The notes: generated by a model not told the origin, from the letters alone. A DNA stretch of 64,000 nt from a virus (IMGVR_UViG_3300025575_000013:1951-65950); one strand, 5' to 3'. Positions 38,866 to 47,966 are shown, counted from the first letter of the stretch. Program-made: numbers and translations.

Positions 38866-39062
38866 ATGTGTCCGAAAGAGATACGGGCACAGGGACACAG
38901 GACTGTAGGCTGTTAGGGCTTTAGTTGCAAACCGAACTCATTGACGTCTTTAATGCTTGTACCGTATAATAAGACGGCCACCGACAAATGATTTGGGTGG
39001 TCAGGGGGTGGAATCGGATTAATACAGGAGCAATGAACTTGGCTGATTTTGCGGCTTAAACT
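38866..39062 (+). ncRNA. Candidate structured RNA
   Basis: Follows TATCTTTG (38858-38865); GC-richer than flanks; 5' hairpin, then a long imperfect stem (38920-38943 with 39031-39060) enclosing hairpins. Confidence 0.4.
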
Positions 39063-39281
39063 CTTAATTATTATTAAATATAGATAATGGTACACGTAAA
39101 TGACTTAATTGCTATATGCGTACGTACTTAGAAAGTAGCCCGCTTTCCTCTTAATTGTTATTAAACATAGATACGGATATCTAAACATTGCCTCTTTATT
39201 TAAGTCTAATTAGTAAAAATGTACTGATATTACTTTTTGCACGCAATTAGCTATAAAGACGCTATAATACGGGTGTACGGG

Positions 39282-39677
39282 ATTGATACCCTTTACACTC
39301 ACAAATCACAACAAACAACTTAAAAAATACGATTATGAAAACAAAAAAGCAAATCTTAGAATATTTAGACTATAACGGTCTGGATTGGTTTTTGTCTGCC
39401 ATAGAAGAATCTTTTAGTTTCAATACAGTGTCATCGGATTGTGACTGTAAATCTGAGGCGGTTATAATTGACGCTCATGAATATATGGAAGTTACCGGAT
39501 TCAAACCTTTTTCATTTCATTTTTACCAAAGTAGCCATTGCGGTTGTGAATATGATTGTTGTGGCTGCATAAGTTCGGTATCAATTGACGTATGTAACAA
39601 CAAAAATGGTTTTGTAACCGTTTTTAGGCATGTAAGTTTTAACTATTAATATTAATTGATACTCTTTGCACTCACAA
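39282..39677 (+). repeat. 23-bp direct repeat ATTGATACyCTTTrCACTCACAA (early promoter-like) flanking the first early gene
   Basis: 39282-39304 and 39655-39677, 21/23 identical. Confidence 0.75.
39335..39649 (+). CDS. Cys-rich early hypothetical protein
   Basis: 104 aa; DCDC and HCGCEYDCCGC motifs. Confidence 0.65.
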   Translation: MKTKKQILEYLDYNGLDWFLSAIEESFSFNTVSSDCDCKSEAVIIDAHEYMEVTGFKPFSFHFYQSSHCGCEYDCCGCISSVSIDVCNNKNGFVTVFRHVSFNY

Positions 39678-39712
39678 TCGGCCAATGTCGGCCAAAATAA
39701 AACTAAATGATT

Positions 39713-39868
39713 ATGAAAACAATAACAAAAACAATCCGCGTCGATTGGAATGATCTAAAAAGTATTAAGAAAGCTGAAAGAACTAAAACTAAATTGGAAA
39801 ATGCAGGGTATCAATTAATATCCCATTTTGGCGGAATGAATGAAACCGTAATGATATATAAATTTTAG
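39713..39868 (+). CDS. Small early protein (51 aa)
   Basis: Read by hand: MKTITKTIRVDWNDLKSIKKAER... Confidence 0.55.
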   Translation: MKTITKTIRVDWNDLKSIKKAERTKTKLENAGYQLISHFGGMNETVMIYKF

Positions 39869-39950
39869 CGTAAACTATCATCCTGCACATCCTTAGAATG
39901 TAGCCTTGACGCAATGCAGGAACAAAACTAATCACTAATAAATAAAGACA

Positions 39951-40553
39951 ATGAAAACAATAAACTTTATTAAATTGGCTCAAACGTTTACAAATATAGA
40001 TTTTCAAATCAAAACTACTGATTCTGAATTGCAGCCTGAAAAGTCATACTACATTTACAAAATTACACCGATTAGACAAATTACCGTAGGGTTTGACTTT
40101 AAGATTCCTAAAAATGAGGAAAGTATTATTAAGTCCTTTATAAGTACTTTTTGCAATAAATACAAACAGCCAAATCCAGCGGCTTATAACGGTGTATATG
40201 GCTCTGACTGGTCAAAAATGAATGATAGTGACAAAGAATTTGCCTATTACCACCACCGTTCTAATATGTACTCAAAAACTCAATTATTAGAGCAAATAAA
40301 AGAAAATTTAAACGATTCAAAGGTTGAAGATGTTTTGTGTAAATATGGTTTTTATTCGACATTGTACGGCCTTGGTATCTTTGTTTTATTTAGTGGTATT
40401 TATGAGATTAACGCTATAAATAGAATGAAAGCATATTTATTAGAAAATGGTATACCTTATAAAAACGAATTATCAGACGCTAACTGGGTTTATAGATTCG
40501 TTATAAACGCAAATAAAGATATTCATAGTGATTTATTATCTAAGTTTAGGTAA
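39951..40553 (+). CDS. Early hypothetical protein
   Basis: 200 aa, MKT start, A-rich leader. Confidence 0.7.
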   Translation: MKTINFIKLAQTFTNIDFQIKTTDSELQPEKSYYIYKITPIRQITVGFDFKIPKNEESIIKSFISTFCNKYKQPNPAAYNGVYGSDWSKMNDSDKEFAYYHHRSNMYSKTQLLEQIKENLNDSKVEDVLCKYGFYSTLYGLGIFVLFSGIYEINAINRMKAYLLENGIPYKNELSDANWVYRFVINANKDIHSDLLSKFR

Positions 40554-40597
40554 TAAATTACAATAGCCCAATGTTGGGCAAATAAAACAAAACTAAT

Positions 40598-40885
40598 ATG
40601 AAAACAACGAAGGTATTTTTTTCAGACCGTCCATCTCAGGACGTTGTTCTATATAAGACCGATTTAATTATATTCAATAAGCCCGTTTTTATTGAAAGAA
40701 CAAAACGTAGTTATAATTTTTATGCTAATAATGCACTTATTGTGCGTGTTTATAAAGCAGATGTAAAAAATTTTGAAGTCGCAAAATTAGGACTAATGGA
40801 TAGAATTAAAAGAAGCAAGATTAATGAAGCCTATTTTAATAATTATATTGCTTCTTGTTTGGCTAATAATAAACATGTAATTTAA
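40598..40885 (+). CDS. Early hypothetical protein
   Basis: 95 aa. Confidence 0.6.
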   Translation: MKTTKVFFSDRPSQDVVLYKTDLIIFNKPVFIERTKRSYNFYANNALIVRVYKADVKNFEVAKLGLMDRIKRSKINEAYFNNYIASCLANNKHVI

Positions 40886-40897
40886 TACAAAACGGAA

Positions 40898-41146
40898 ATG
40901 AAAACAACAACCATTATCGCAAAAGGCTGGTCAAACATGCCTGTTTTGGCAATTTCAGATTCAGAATTCATGGATAGCTTTGGATCTATTCGAGTAAGTT
41001 TGCTATTAAATGGCTTTATTAGACTTGATTCTTTTGAAAATTTATGTGGTAAAAATGCAAATGAAAAAGTCATTGTAAAGGCATGGTATTGGCGCGGAGA
41101 ATGGAGTACACCAACAAAAGAAATTTATGCAATATTTTATAAGTAA
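40898..41146 (+). CDS. Early hypothetical protein
   Basis: 82 aa. Confidence 0.6.
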   Translation: MKTTTIIAKGWSNMPVLAISDSEFMDSFGSIRVSLLLNGFIRLDSFENLCGKNANEKVIVKAWYWRGEWSTPTKEIYAIFYK

Positions 41147-41369
41147 ATTAATAAGTCCCGAAAGGGCAAACAACATGTACGACTACAAACAATCAAATGC
41201 TTTGCAGATAGCTAACAATCTGCTTTCAAATGTTCACGGTGGACTTAGTGTGAATTGGATACGGGGGTCAAACGGTTGTCTTCGGATGCGCGTGCATGTT
41301 TAACGGCGGCGTTAATGGGTGAATATTACCATAAATAATTAGTACAGGTTTACGATAAATTATAAAAAC

Positions 41370-41654
41370 ATGATGTACGCGGCAAAACTTAAAATAAGAA
41401 TGGATAAACTTCTTATTAGTAGCACGGAAAAACGGTACTTGTATGATGATCTTACATTGAAAAATTTAAGTAAAATCGTTTTTGACAATGAAGTGTTTGA
41501 TATTCACCAAATAGATGATGATTATTCATATTATTTGATTGAAATTCATAAAGAACGATACGAGACCGACGAAGAACAAGCCTCCAGGATAGCAAGGCAG
41601 GAAAAATATAATCAGAATTATGAGATATTTCATAAAAATAAAAGACAACAATGA
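41370..41654 (+). CDS. Early hypothetical protein
   Basis: 94 aa. Confidence 0.55.
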   Translation: MMYAAKLKIRMDKLLISSTEKRYLYDDLTLKNLSKIVFDNEVFDIHQIDDDYSYYLIEIHKERYETDEEQASRIARQEKYNQNYEIFHKNKRQQ

Positions 41655-41901
41655 AAACGATTGACGAACAAAGCAAACAATTACTAAAAGAGGCGTTAAT
41701 AATTTTAAACGCGGTTCCCAACCATAAATATGGTGAAAATTATACGTTGTGTAGTAAGATTGAGAAATTATTAAGCGGATTAAGCAATGAAACCGAACAA
41801 CGAAAGTAGAACCGAACGCCTATGTGGTGTGTGGAGTGTGATAATAGCTGTTGGGCTATTGGTTGCAAGTGTGGTAACGATGTTTTAAAAAAAATAAGGA
41901 T

Positions 41902-42153
41902 ATGAAACCAACGAAAGCAAATTTTAGACGCACCCCGGACGGTGAAATAATTGCCGTATTGCTTAACACGCAGGGGCTAAACATGTATCTCTGTTACTCT
42001 TTGTACGACGATATGCACTTTGCGGCAACAACGGAATGGCTTAAAAAATGTAAAAACATTAGAGCTAAGGACGGTTATAACCTTCCTGAATTAACCGCGT
42101 ATTTGACGGCGCGGGGGTATGAAAATATTGAAATTAAATTAAGACTAAACTAA
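41902..42153 (+). CDS. Early hypothetical protein
   Basis: 83 aa; FRR...GEIIAV...CYS....H pattern. Confidence 0.6.
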   Translation: MKPTKANFRRTPDGEIIAVLLNTQGLNMYLCYSLYDDMHFAATTEWLKKCKNIRAKDGYNLPELTAYLTARGYENIEIKLRLN

Positions 42154-42172
42154 ACGAAAATCGAACGAAACA

Positions 42173-42394
42173 ATGAAAATTTATTCAGAAACAAGCCTTG
42201 GAAATTTTAACTTTTGGTCAGGCGCAAAAGATAATGCAAAAGAATTGACATTGGATCAATTGGGTGAAATAGAATCTCAATTAGAGGATATATATCCAGA
42301 TGGAATGGACGAAACGGCATTGAATGACTTTTTTTGGTTTGATTTTAGCACTGTAAAAGAGTGGTTAGGGATTGAACAGGAGGACGAACAATGA
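42173..42394 (+). CDS. Small acidic early protein
   Basis: 73 aa, about 18 D/E versus 4 K; F.FWSGAKD...T.LND.FWFD. Confidence 0.65.
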   Translation: MKIYSETSLGNFNFWSGAKDNAKELTLDQLGEIESQLEDIYPDGMDETALNDFFWFDFSTVKEWLGIEQEDEQ

Positions 42395-42594
42395 TAATCC
42401 GAACAACAACCCCTGAATCATTCAAGTCTTGCTTGTCTAATTTAAAAGCGAACGGCTATACCCAAATAACAAACGCCATCCTGCCGAACTGGATAGCAGG
42501 TGACAATTACATCGAAATAGACGGAGCTATGGACATTTTTGCCTTAACAAGCCCTGAACGGGCAGAACGGATTGGATTTAATGAATATAAATAA
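42391..42594 (+). CDS. Early hypothetical protein
   Basis: 67 aa, coupled. Confidence 0.55.
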   Translation: MIIRTTTPESFKSCLSNLKANGYTQITNAILPNWIAGDNYIEIDGAMDIFALTSPERAERIGFNEYK

Positions 42595-42776
42595 ATAAAT
42601 GTTATGAAAACAACTATAAATGTTTATGCGGTTTTTAACGCTGAAATTTACGAAATTCGTTTTATGAATGGAAAATACACTGGATTTCAGGCAGTGGACT
42701 ACGATGATCTGCACGATACTTGCAATGAGAACGGGTATGAGTTAAAAAGAATTGACGGGCTGGAGGATGAGGACTA

Positions 42777-43214
42777 ATGAAAACAACCAAAGTTTTTAAC
42801 GGCCTTACTTTTTCGGAAAATACCTCTATTGAGGTAATGAACATTCTATCAGCCACCGGACGCGGTCAAAGAATTCGCTTCTGGTATGGAGATTGGAGAA
42901 CTGGAAAATGTTGGAATGATGAAAATGATATTTGCGGGTATATTGGTAGGTCATGCGGGACGGAAAAAATACCGATACTTTTAAATAAAAGAAATAGTAC
43001 AGGGGGCGGCGGTATTCTGACAGACTGTATTTTAAAAATCGTAGATACCAAAACTAAAGCGGTATTGTACGAACACCCGCTGTTTGTTCAGCCTCTATTT
43101 TCAAATGTTGGGGTTAACGTATTTTGCAACGGTGAACGTTTCGGTTCTAATAAAACCGAACAATTAGCAAAACGATTTTGCGATTTTATGAACGGTAAAC
43201 GAATGAACAAATGA
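42777..43214 (+). CDS. Early hypothetical protein
   Basis: 145 aa; RIRFWYGD..TG..W..E.D..G.IGRS.G..KIPILL....S.GGG.IL..CI. Confidence 0.7.
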   Translation: MKTTKVFNGLTFSENTSIEVMNILSATGRGQRIRFWYGDWRTGKCWNDENDICGYIGRSCGTEKIPILLNKRNSTGGGGILTDCILKIVDTKTKAVLYEHPLFVQPLFSNVGVNVFCNGERFGSNKTEQLAKRFCDFMNGKRMNK

Positions 43215-43479
43215 GCACTTTTATATTAATTACATCAGGCGGTACTATCCTTGGATGTTATACATGGCTAATTATTAAAGTATGGAGGGCGGGCAAGGAT
43301 GATAAGTAGATCCATTTTGTGGTTTTGGTGGCTGGCTGAATATGGCTGGCTTGGACTGTCGGAGGACGATATGAGGCGTGGGTTTGCAATGGTGAACGAT
43401 GAGGATCTGGCATGGGATTTTGGGCTGGCGGTAATTAGAAAAGGGTGGTTTAGTAGATAATTAATAAAAACGAAAGAAA

Positions 43480-43698
43480 ATGAAAACAATAAGTGTAAAC
43501 AAAATAACTGACTTTTTAGGTGAATATTGCACAAAGGTAAAAAAGAATGAACGGTTCAGTTATGTAGAATTAATGATGGACAATCATCGTTGTGTTGAAT
43601 ACCAATCGGTTAAATATTATATTCCAGAAACGAATAGTTTAATGACGGTGGAGGAGTATGACGTTCATTCTTTTTTAATTGATAACTATCTAATTTAA
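43480..43698 (+). CDS. Early hypothetical protein
   Basis: 72 aa. Confidence 0.55.
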   Translation: MKTISVNKITDFLGEYCTKVKKNERFSYVELMMDNHRCVEYQSVKYYIPETNSLMTVEEYDVHSFLIDNYLI

Positions 43699-44177
43699 AA
43701 ACAAAAGAAATGAAAACAAATCTATCTTCATGGCTTAAACAAAACGATATAAGCCGAATTGAATTTATCGTGTATTGCATAGCCGGGGCTTGTGTGGCCT
43801 CATGGGTGGCAGTGTGGGCGTGGACGGAAATAGCAATTTACCTTCTGGATAAAGGCTTATTATGACCAGAATAGAACAATTACAAAAGCGTGGATATACC
43901 GTACGGCCTGACTTAATGAGAACAGGAGCGGTCTATGTTTCCCGCGACGGGGTTCATAAATGGTACATAAATATTTCAGAAGCGAGTAAAAATAGTAAAA
44001 AATAAAAGATATGAAAACGAATAATCCAATTTGTCCTTTTGACAGGGCTGAATGTATCCCAGATATGGATGGATATATTCAGTGCAAAGAGTGTGCGAGA
44101 TATTGTAATGGGGTTAGAAAAACAGGGGGAATGCCCGGGCTTGAAATGATTTGGAAGTGGATTAAAAAAATACGAAA

Positions 44178-44387
44178 ATGACAAAAAAAGAAGCTATTGT
44201 ATTATGCCGAAGCGGTCAGAAAATTACTCACGGATATTTTTCGGACGATGAATTTGTAGAGTATAAAGATGGTCAATTTGTAACAGAGGATGGATGCAGA
44301 ATGGGCCGGATCCATGACAAGTTTTGGACAATAAGAACAGGCGGATTTTGGGAAGACAATTGGTGTATATACGAATCAAAAGTATAG
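44178..44387 (+). CDS. Small protein with a Tad2/DUF2829-like outline
   Basis: M..EAI....G.KI...W.DNW.IY frame. Confidence 0.45.
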   Translation: MTKKEAIVLCRSGQKITHGYFSDDEFVEYKDGQFVTEDGCRMGRIHDKFWTIRTGGFWEDNWCIYESKV

Positions 44388-44392
44388 CAGCT

Positions 44393-44863
44393 ATGACCCG
44401 AATAAATTCAGCCATACCCGTAGCCGAATTAACCGACGAACATATTTTGGCAGAGCATAGGGAAATTAAAAGACTTCCGGCGATATACGCCCATCATCTT
44501 GCCACTCCCAAAAAAGGCTCTATTCTTGCAGAGTTTGTATTGGGGAAAGGGCATGTATTGTTCTTTGTAGAAAAGCCCGCATTTACCCTTAATAGGTATT
44601 TAAAAATTTTCAATGAATGCAACAAAAGAGGCTTCGCGGTAACGTTCTATGGTGGAAATTGGACTAAAGCATATACTCCTGAACAATTCAGGTCTGAGGC
44701 ATCAAATCATACCCCCACAGAAAAAGAAAGGGGTATGTTATTGGAAAGAATAACACAAAGGATTTTTGAATCTCCTAAAAAGTCATGGCATTATTACGGA
44801 GTGGCTATAACAAAACAAGAAGCGATAGGAATACTAAACAATAACAAAAACGAACGAAGATGA
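44393..44863 (+). CDS. denV: Pyrimidine-dimer DNA glycosylase (T4 endonuclease V family)
   Basis: MTRIN....ELTD.H..AE.REI.R; F.LG.GHV.FF..K..F...RY; start reassigned to ATG 44393. Confidence 0.92.
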   Translation: MTRINSAIPVAELTDEHILAEHREIKRLPAIYAHHLATPKKGSILAEFVLGKGHVLFFVEKPAFTLNRYLKIFNECNKRGFAVTFYGGNWTKAYTPEQFRSEASNHTPTEKERGMLLERITQRIFESPKKSWHYYGVAITKQEAIGILNNNKNERR

Positions 44864-45186
44864 AAAAACAAGTAAACGGCCTCACGTTTGATGAGGTATT
44901 TGAAGAAAGAGGGAAAGAGATAAAAGTCTCAGAAATGGTAAAAGATAGAGTGTATTTATGCGACCAGTTGGATGTGTTTGGTTGGCTAAAATTAATTAAA
45001 TTCAAAGGAGTTGCACCCTCTAGGTATAATATAGATATCCTAACTTCCACCATTCTATATTCTGATGGTGATGATGGTGATGATAATCCAGGCTTAGGCA
45101 TGAAGATTAGAAATGCAAAGGCTTTTTACGAAGCCACCCCCAATCAAATAGCGCTCCTAAACGCTCACAAAAATGCGAACGAATAA
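44860..45186 (+). CDS. Hypothetical protein
   Basis: 108 aa, coupled. Confidence 0.55.
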   Translation: MKKQVNGLTFDEVFEERGKEIKVSEMVKDRVYLCDQLDVFGWLKLIKFKGVAPSRYNIDILTSTILYSDGDDGDDNPGLGMKIRNAKAFYEATPNQIALLNAHKNANE

Positions 45187-45361
45187 CTTCTCAAACCAGT
45201 TCCCAATCCGAAGGGCTGAACGGCCACAGGTAGGAACGCTCTGGTATAATGGAGGTAAGGTAAACGGCGCAATTGAATTGCGATTTTGTGAGCTAAACGG
45301 AATTAAAAGTGGCATGATTTGTCACGGATATAAGAAAGATGGATTTAAGGTAACGTATTAA
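45173..45361 (+). CDS. Hypothetical protein
   Basis: 62 aa. Confidence 0.45.
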   Translation: MRTNNFSNQFPIRRAERPQVGTLWYNGGKVNGAIELRFCELNGIKSGMICHGYKKDGFKVTY

Positions 45362-45378
45362 TTAAAAACAAACTAAAA

Positions 45379-45975
45379 ATGAAAACAAATAAAGAGCTCA
45401 CATGTATATGGCCAAATTTAGCAAGAGCTTGCGAAATTGCAATGGTCGGGAACTTAACGGTTAATATTATTTATGATACGATTTCATATCCAGAAATGCC
45501 GGAAGATTTTGAATTGATTAAAAGTTATTATAAAGAAATCAAGTTTGAAAAAACAGCAGACTTAACAGTGGTGCTTTGTAATCCACAAATAGCTAATGGC
45601 TCTGGTGAAAAATGGGAAGATGTAAAAATCCGGGCTGGATTGGTTGAAGTTAAAGACTTAGAATTAGATAGAACGGCTGAACAACTTTTTAAGTCGATAG
45701 CGGAACGATTTAAGATATCCATATCAAAACGGGAACTTATATTGAAGGTTTCTAATATAATCGCGTGTATGGATAGCGAAAAGGCTTTGGCGGCTTGGCA
45801 TGTGGCTGAATCATTTCAATGGGCAGGCCTCCAGATTGAAACAACCGAACAGTCTGTTTTTTCGAGTTTGGATAAAAGTAAGGTTAAAGATTTTATAGAT
45901 ATTTTGACAGATGAACAAGTTGAACAAGTGAACAAGTATGCACATAAGATTTATAACGGATATAAGAGAGATTAA
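45379..45975 (+). CDS. Truncated ComM/YifB (Mg-chelatase-like) protein lacking the AAA+ core
   Basis: ARACEIAMVG resembles KRALEIAAAG; LILKVSNIIACMD.......HVAESFQW resembles RILKVARTIADL.......HIAEALQY; no Walker A or B. Confidence 0.6.
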   Translation: MKTNKELTCIWPNLARACEIAMVGNLTVNIIYDTISYPEMPEDFELIKSYYKEIKFEKTADLTVVLCNPQIANGSGEKWEDVKIRAGLVEVKDLELDRTAEQLFKSIAERFKISISKRELILKVSNIIACMDSEKALAAWHVAESFQWAGLQIETTEQSVFSSLDKSKVKDFIDILTDEQVEQVNKYAHKIYNGYKRD

Positions 45976-46013
45976 TTTAAAATAACTTATTAATTAAAAC
46001 AAACAAAACTAAA

Positions 46014-46205
46014 ATGGAAACACTGGAATCAGCTTCTAAAAAACTACTATTATCTGCACTTGAACGAAAGGAGAAGTATGTCGCAATTATTAAAATGCTG
46101 GATAATGAAGATCTGGAATTAATGAATGTAATTTTCCAAAAACTACAACAAGTAGATAGGGATATAAAGAATGGATATATAATGTTGAACGAATTTAAAA
46201 ACTAA
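46014..46205 (+). CDS. Hypothetical protein
   Basis: 63 aa helical. Confidence 0.5.
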   Translation: METLESASKKLLLSALERKEKYVAIIKMLDNEDLELMNVIFQKLQQVDRDIKNGYIMLNEFKN

Positions 46206-46210
46206 ACCAA

Positions 46211-46414
46211 ATGTTTATCAGAATCAACGAAGAACGAATCCGAATGGCCTCAATAGGCTCATTCGAGAACAAAGGGAAATCAGCCGTAACTGGCTCATGG
46301 TATCTGGATATAAAAATATCCGGACGGTTGAAATCATTTACCTTTAAAACAGAGGAACGATTGAACGAGGTTGTGGCCTATCTGGATAAGGTGTTAAAAG
46401 TGGAGGTGGTATGA
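46211..46414 (+). CDS. Hypothetical protein
   Basis: 67 aa. Confidence 0.55.
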   Translation: MFIRINEERIRMASIGSFENKGKSAVTGSWYLDIKISGRLKSFTFKTEERLNEVVAYLDKVLKVEVV

Positions 46415-46845
46415 AAAGGTTAATGCTATTATTTATAAGTCTTGCCATATTTTTTACGGTATCAGCTCAATTTAAACCGCGTATAGCCTTTGACTATTTC
46501 ACAAACGGATACAACGAACGAATGGTTATACCAGTACCACCATCAACGGGAATGAGCGAATTTGTAATAGACAACGCCAAAGGTAATTTCCGAATCAGAA
46601 CCGGAGCAGATTATTCATTCCGTGGCGTTACGGCCTATTATGACCAGTCTATATACATGAATAAGGCTCGTGGTGCAATGTTCTCCCCCTTACAGGCTGA
46701 ATGGTATGCCGGGGTTAAATATACGCGCTGGGGACTTACTATGAAGGCTGAACACCTATGTATTCATCCAATTGGAATATACGGAGTTGAGCGAATGAAA
46801 CAATACGGTGGATATAATATGATTTCAGTCGGTTATGGGTATTAA
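46411..46845 (+). CDS. Exported small outer-membrane beta-barrel-like protein
   Basis: Signal peptide MKRLMLLFISLAIFFTVSA; amphipathic aromatic strands; ends in YNMISVGYGY. Confidence 0.55.
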   Translation: MKRLMLLFISLAIFFTVSAQFKPRIAFDYFTNGYNERMVIPVPPSTGMSEFVIDNAKGNFRIRTGADYSFRGVTAYYDQSIYMNKARGAMFSPLQAEWYAGVKYTRWGLTMKAEHLCIHPIGIYGVERMKQYGGYNMISVGYGY

Positions 46846-47059
46846 TAATTATTAACTTGTGGGAACGAAATAAATGTATTAAATTTACAGCATGACAAAA
46901 CTATTTGAATTTTTAATGAAATGTGTGGTCTTTATCATCATGGGGGCAATTATCGCTCCGGCTATTATCCTATGTGCTATTCTATTATGGAGGGGCTCTT
47001 TCATGGATGAGCTGGATAAATTTGGCGATTTAATTTGGAAAACCAAAAACTAAAATAAA

Positions 47060-47287
47060 ATGAAAAAGCAAACAAACAAGCACGAATTAAAGCCAGAGTT
47101 TTTTGATAAACTGGTCGAATTAGGGGTATATGAAAAGTGGGAAGAGGCGTGGAAAAACGACTATCCGGTGTCAAGAATAGGAGTATTGAACGAATACGAA
47201 TATTTTTGTGATTTCATTGGGGCATCGTTTTTTTGGGACGCCACCGAGAATGGTTCTGATTTTTGGATAACCATCTCGGAATCATGA
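47060..47287 (+). CDS. Hypothetical protein
   Basis: 75 aa. Confidence 0.55.
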   Translation: MKKQTNKHELKPEFFDKLVELGVYEKWEEAWKNDYPVSRIGVLNEYEYFCDFIGASFFWDATENGSDFWITISES

Positions 47288-47490
47288 GACGCATAGTAGA
47301 AGAACGCCTAAAGCTCTCACAAATACGAGAGCTTATGTGGCAAAACGGGAACAAAACCGGATATTACTTTGCCAGATCGGATGGTGAGGTTTGGTATCGT
47401 GAAAAGAATGTGCATTTTCCGAATACAACGTGCTGGTACTGGTGCGAAGAACGAGTGGAAGATGGGTTAAGATTTATTAATGAATACTAA
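47263..47490 (+). CDS. Hypothetical protein (start probably 47284)
   Basis: ATGA coupling at 47284. Confidence 0.45.
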   Translation: MDNHLGIMRRIVEERLKLSQIRELMWQNGNKTGYYFARSDGEVWYREKNVHFPNTTCWYWCEERVEDGLRFINEY

Positions 47491-47502
47491 AACAGGGAAC
47501 GA

Positions 47503-47748
47503 ATGAAAACATTTAATCTGAACAGTGATATTTATATCCAAATAAACGAGGGCGGATGGAATCATCTAAAAGAAACAGAATCAAGCGAATATATTAAACA
47601 TTGTATTGATAACAGGAAAGTAGAAATAGATGGAGAGGCCTGGCATAGATTACAAGCCCATCAGGTTATTGATTTATTCCCAATAAATTTTGGCAGAACT
47701 CCGTTTTATAGTCTTAATATAATGATTGATGACTCTTCTTTGTTATGA
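47503..47748 (+). CDS. Hypothetical protein
   Basis: 81 aa. Confidence 0.55.
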   Translation: MKTFNLNSDIYIQINEGGWNHLKETESSEYIKHCIDNRKVEIDGEAWHRLQAHQVIDLFPINFGRTPFYSLNIMIDDSSLL

Positions 47749-47966
47749 AAACCTACATAATTGATTATTGCGTCTACATGAACGACGGGTATTTCGAAAG
47801 TCATACCATTAAGGTAAAAAATGCTCCAAGCGAGTTGGTGGCAAAAGTCAGGCTGGAGGGGTGGTTGGAAATGAAATGGCCTAATTTTAATAGGCTGGTT
47901 GTGTACAAGTGCCGGGAGGATATATTGGGCGGAATGGGCGGGATTTTTGGTGATATATTTAAATAA
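47745..47966 (+). CDS. Hypothetical protein
   Basis: 73 aa, coupled. Confidence 0.55.
   Translation: MKTYIIDYCVYMNDGYFESHTIKVKNAPSELVAKVRLEGWLEMKWPNFNRLVVYKCREDILGGMGGIFGDIFK

Larger units (their letters stand above)
37245..39334. other. Non-coding control region between divergent units (origin / genome-end candidate)
   Basis: 2.1 kb without a credible ORF, very AT-rich, with several repeat families and palindromes. Confidence 0.7.
37493..39815. repeat. Octamer GTATCAAT, 7 copies on both strands
   Basis: Copies at 37493+, 37684-, 38835+, 39282-, 39578+, 39655-, 39808+. Confidence 0.65.

Noticed and set aside
38995-39025. tRNA-like 3' end (TCCGATTCCACCCCCTGACCA) on the minus strand
   Set aside because: No matching T-stem or acceptor 5' strand
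38913-39095. 60-aa minus-strand ORF in the control region
   Set aside because: No leader or plausible composition; it overlaps the structured element on the other strand
37245-39334. CRISPR array or mini-array
   Set aside because: Repeats are short, degenerate and irregularly spaced; there is no repeat-spacer periodicity and no cas gene
39335-47966. Many early genes starting ATGAAAACA (MKT)
   Set aside because: Explained by A-rich translation initiation in Bacteroidota; not a distinct repeat element
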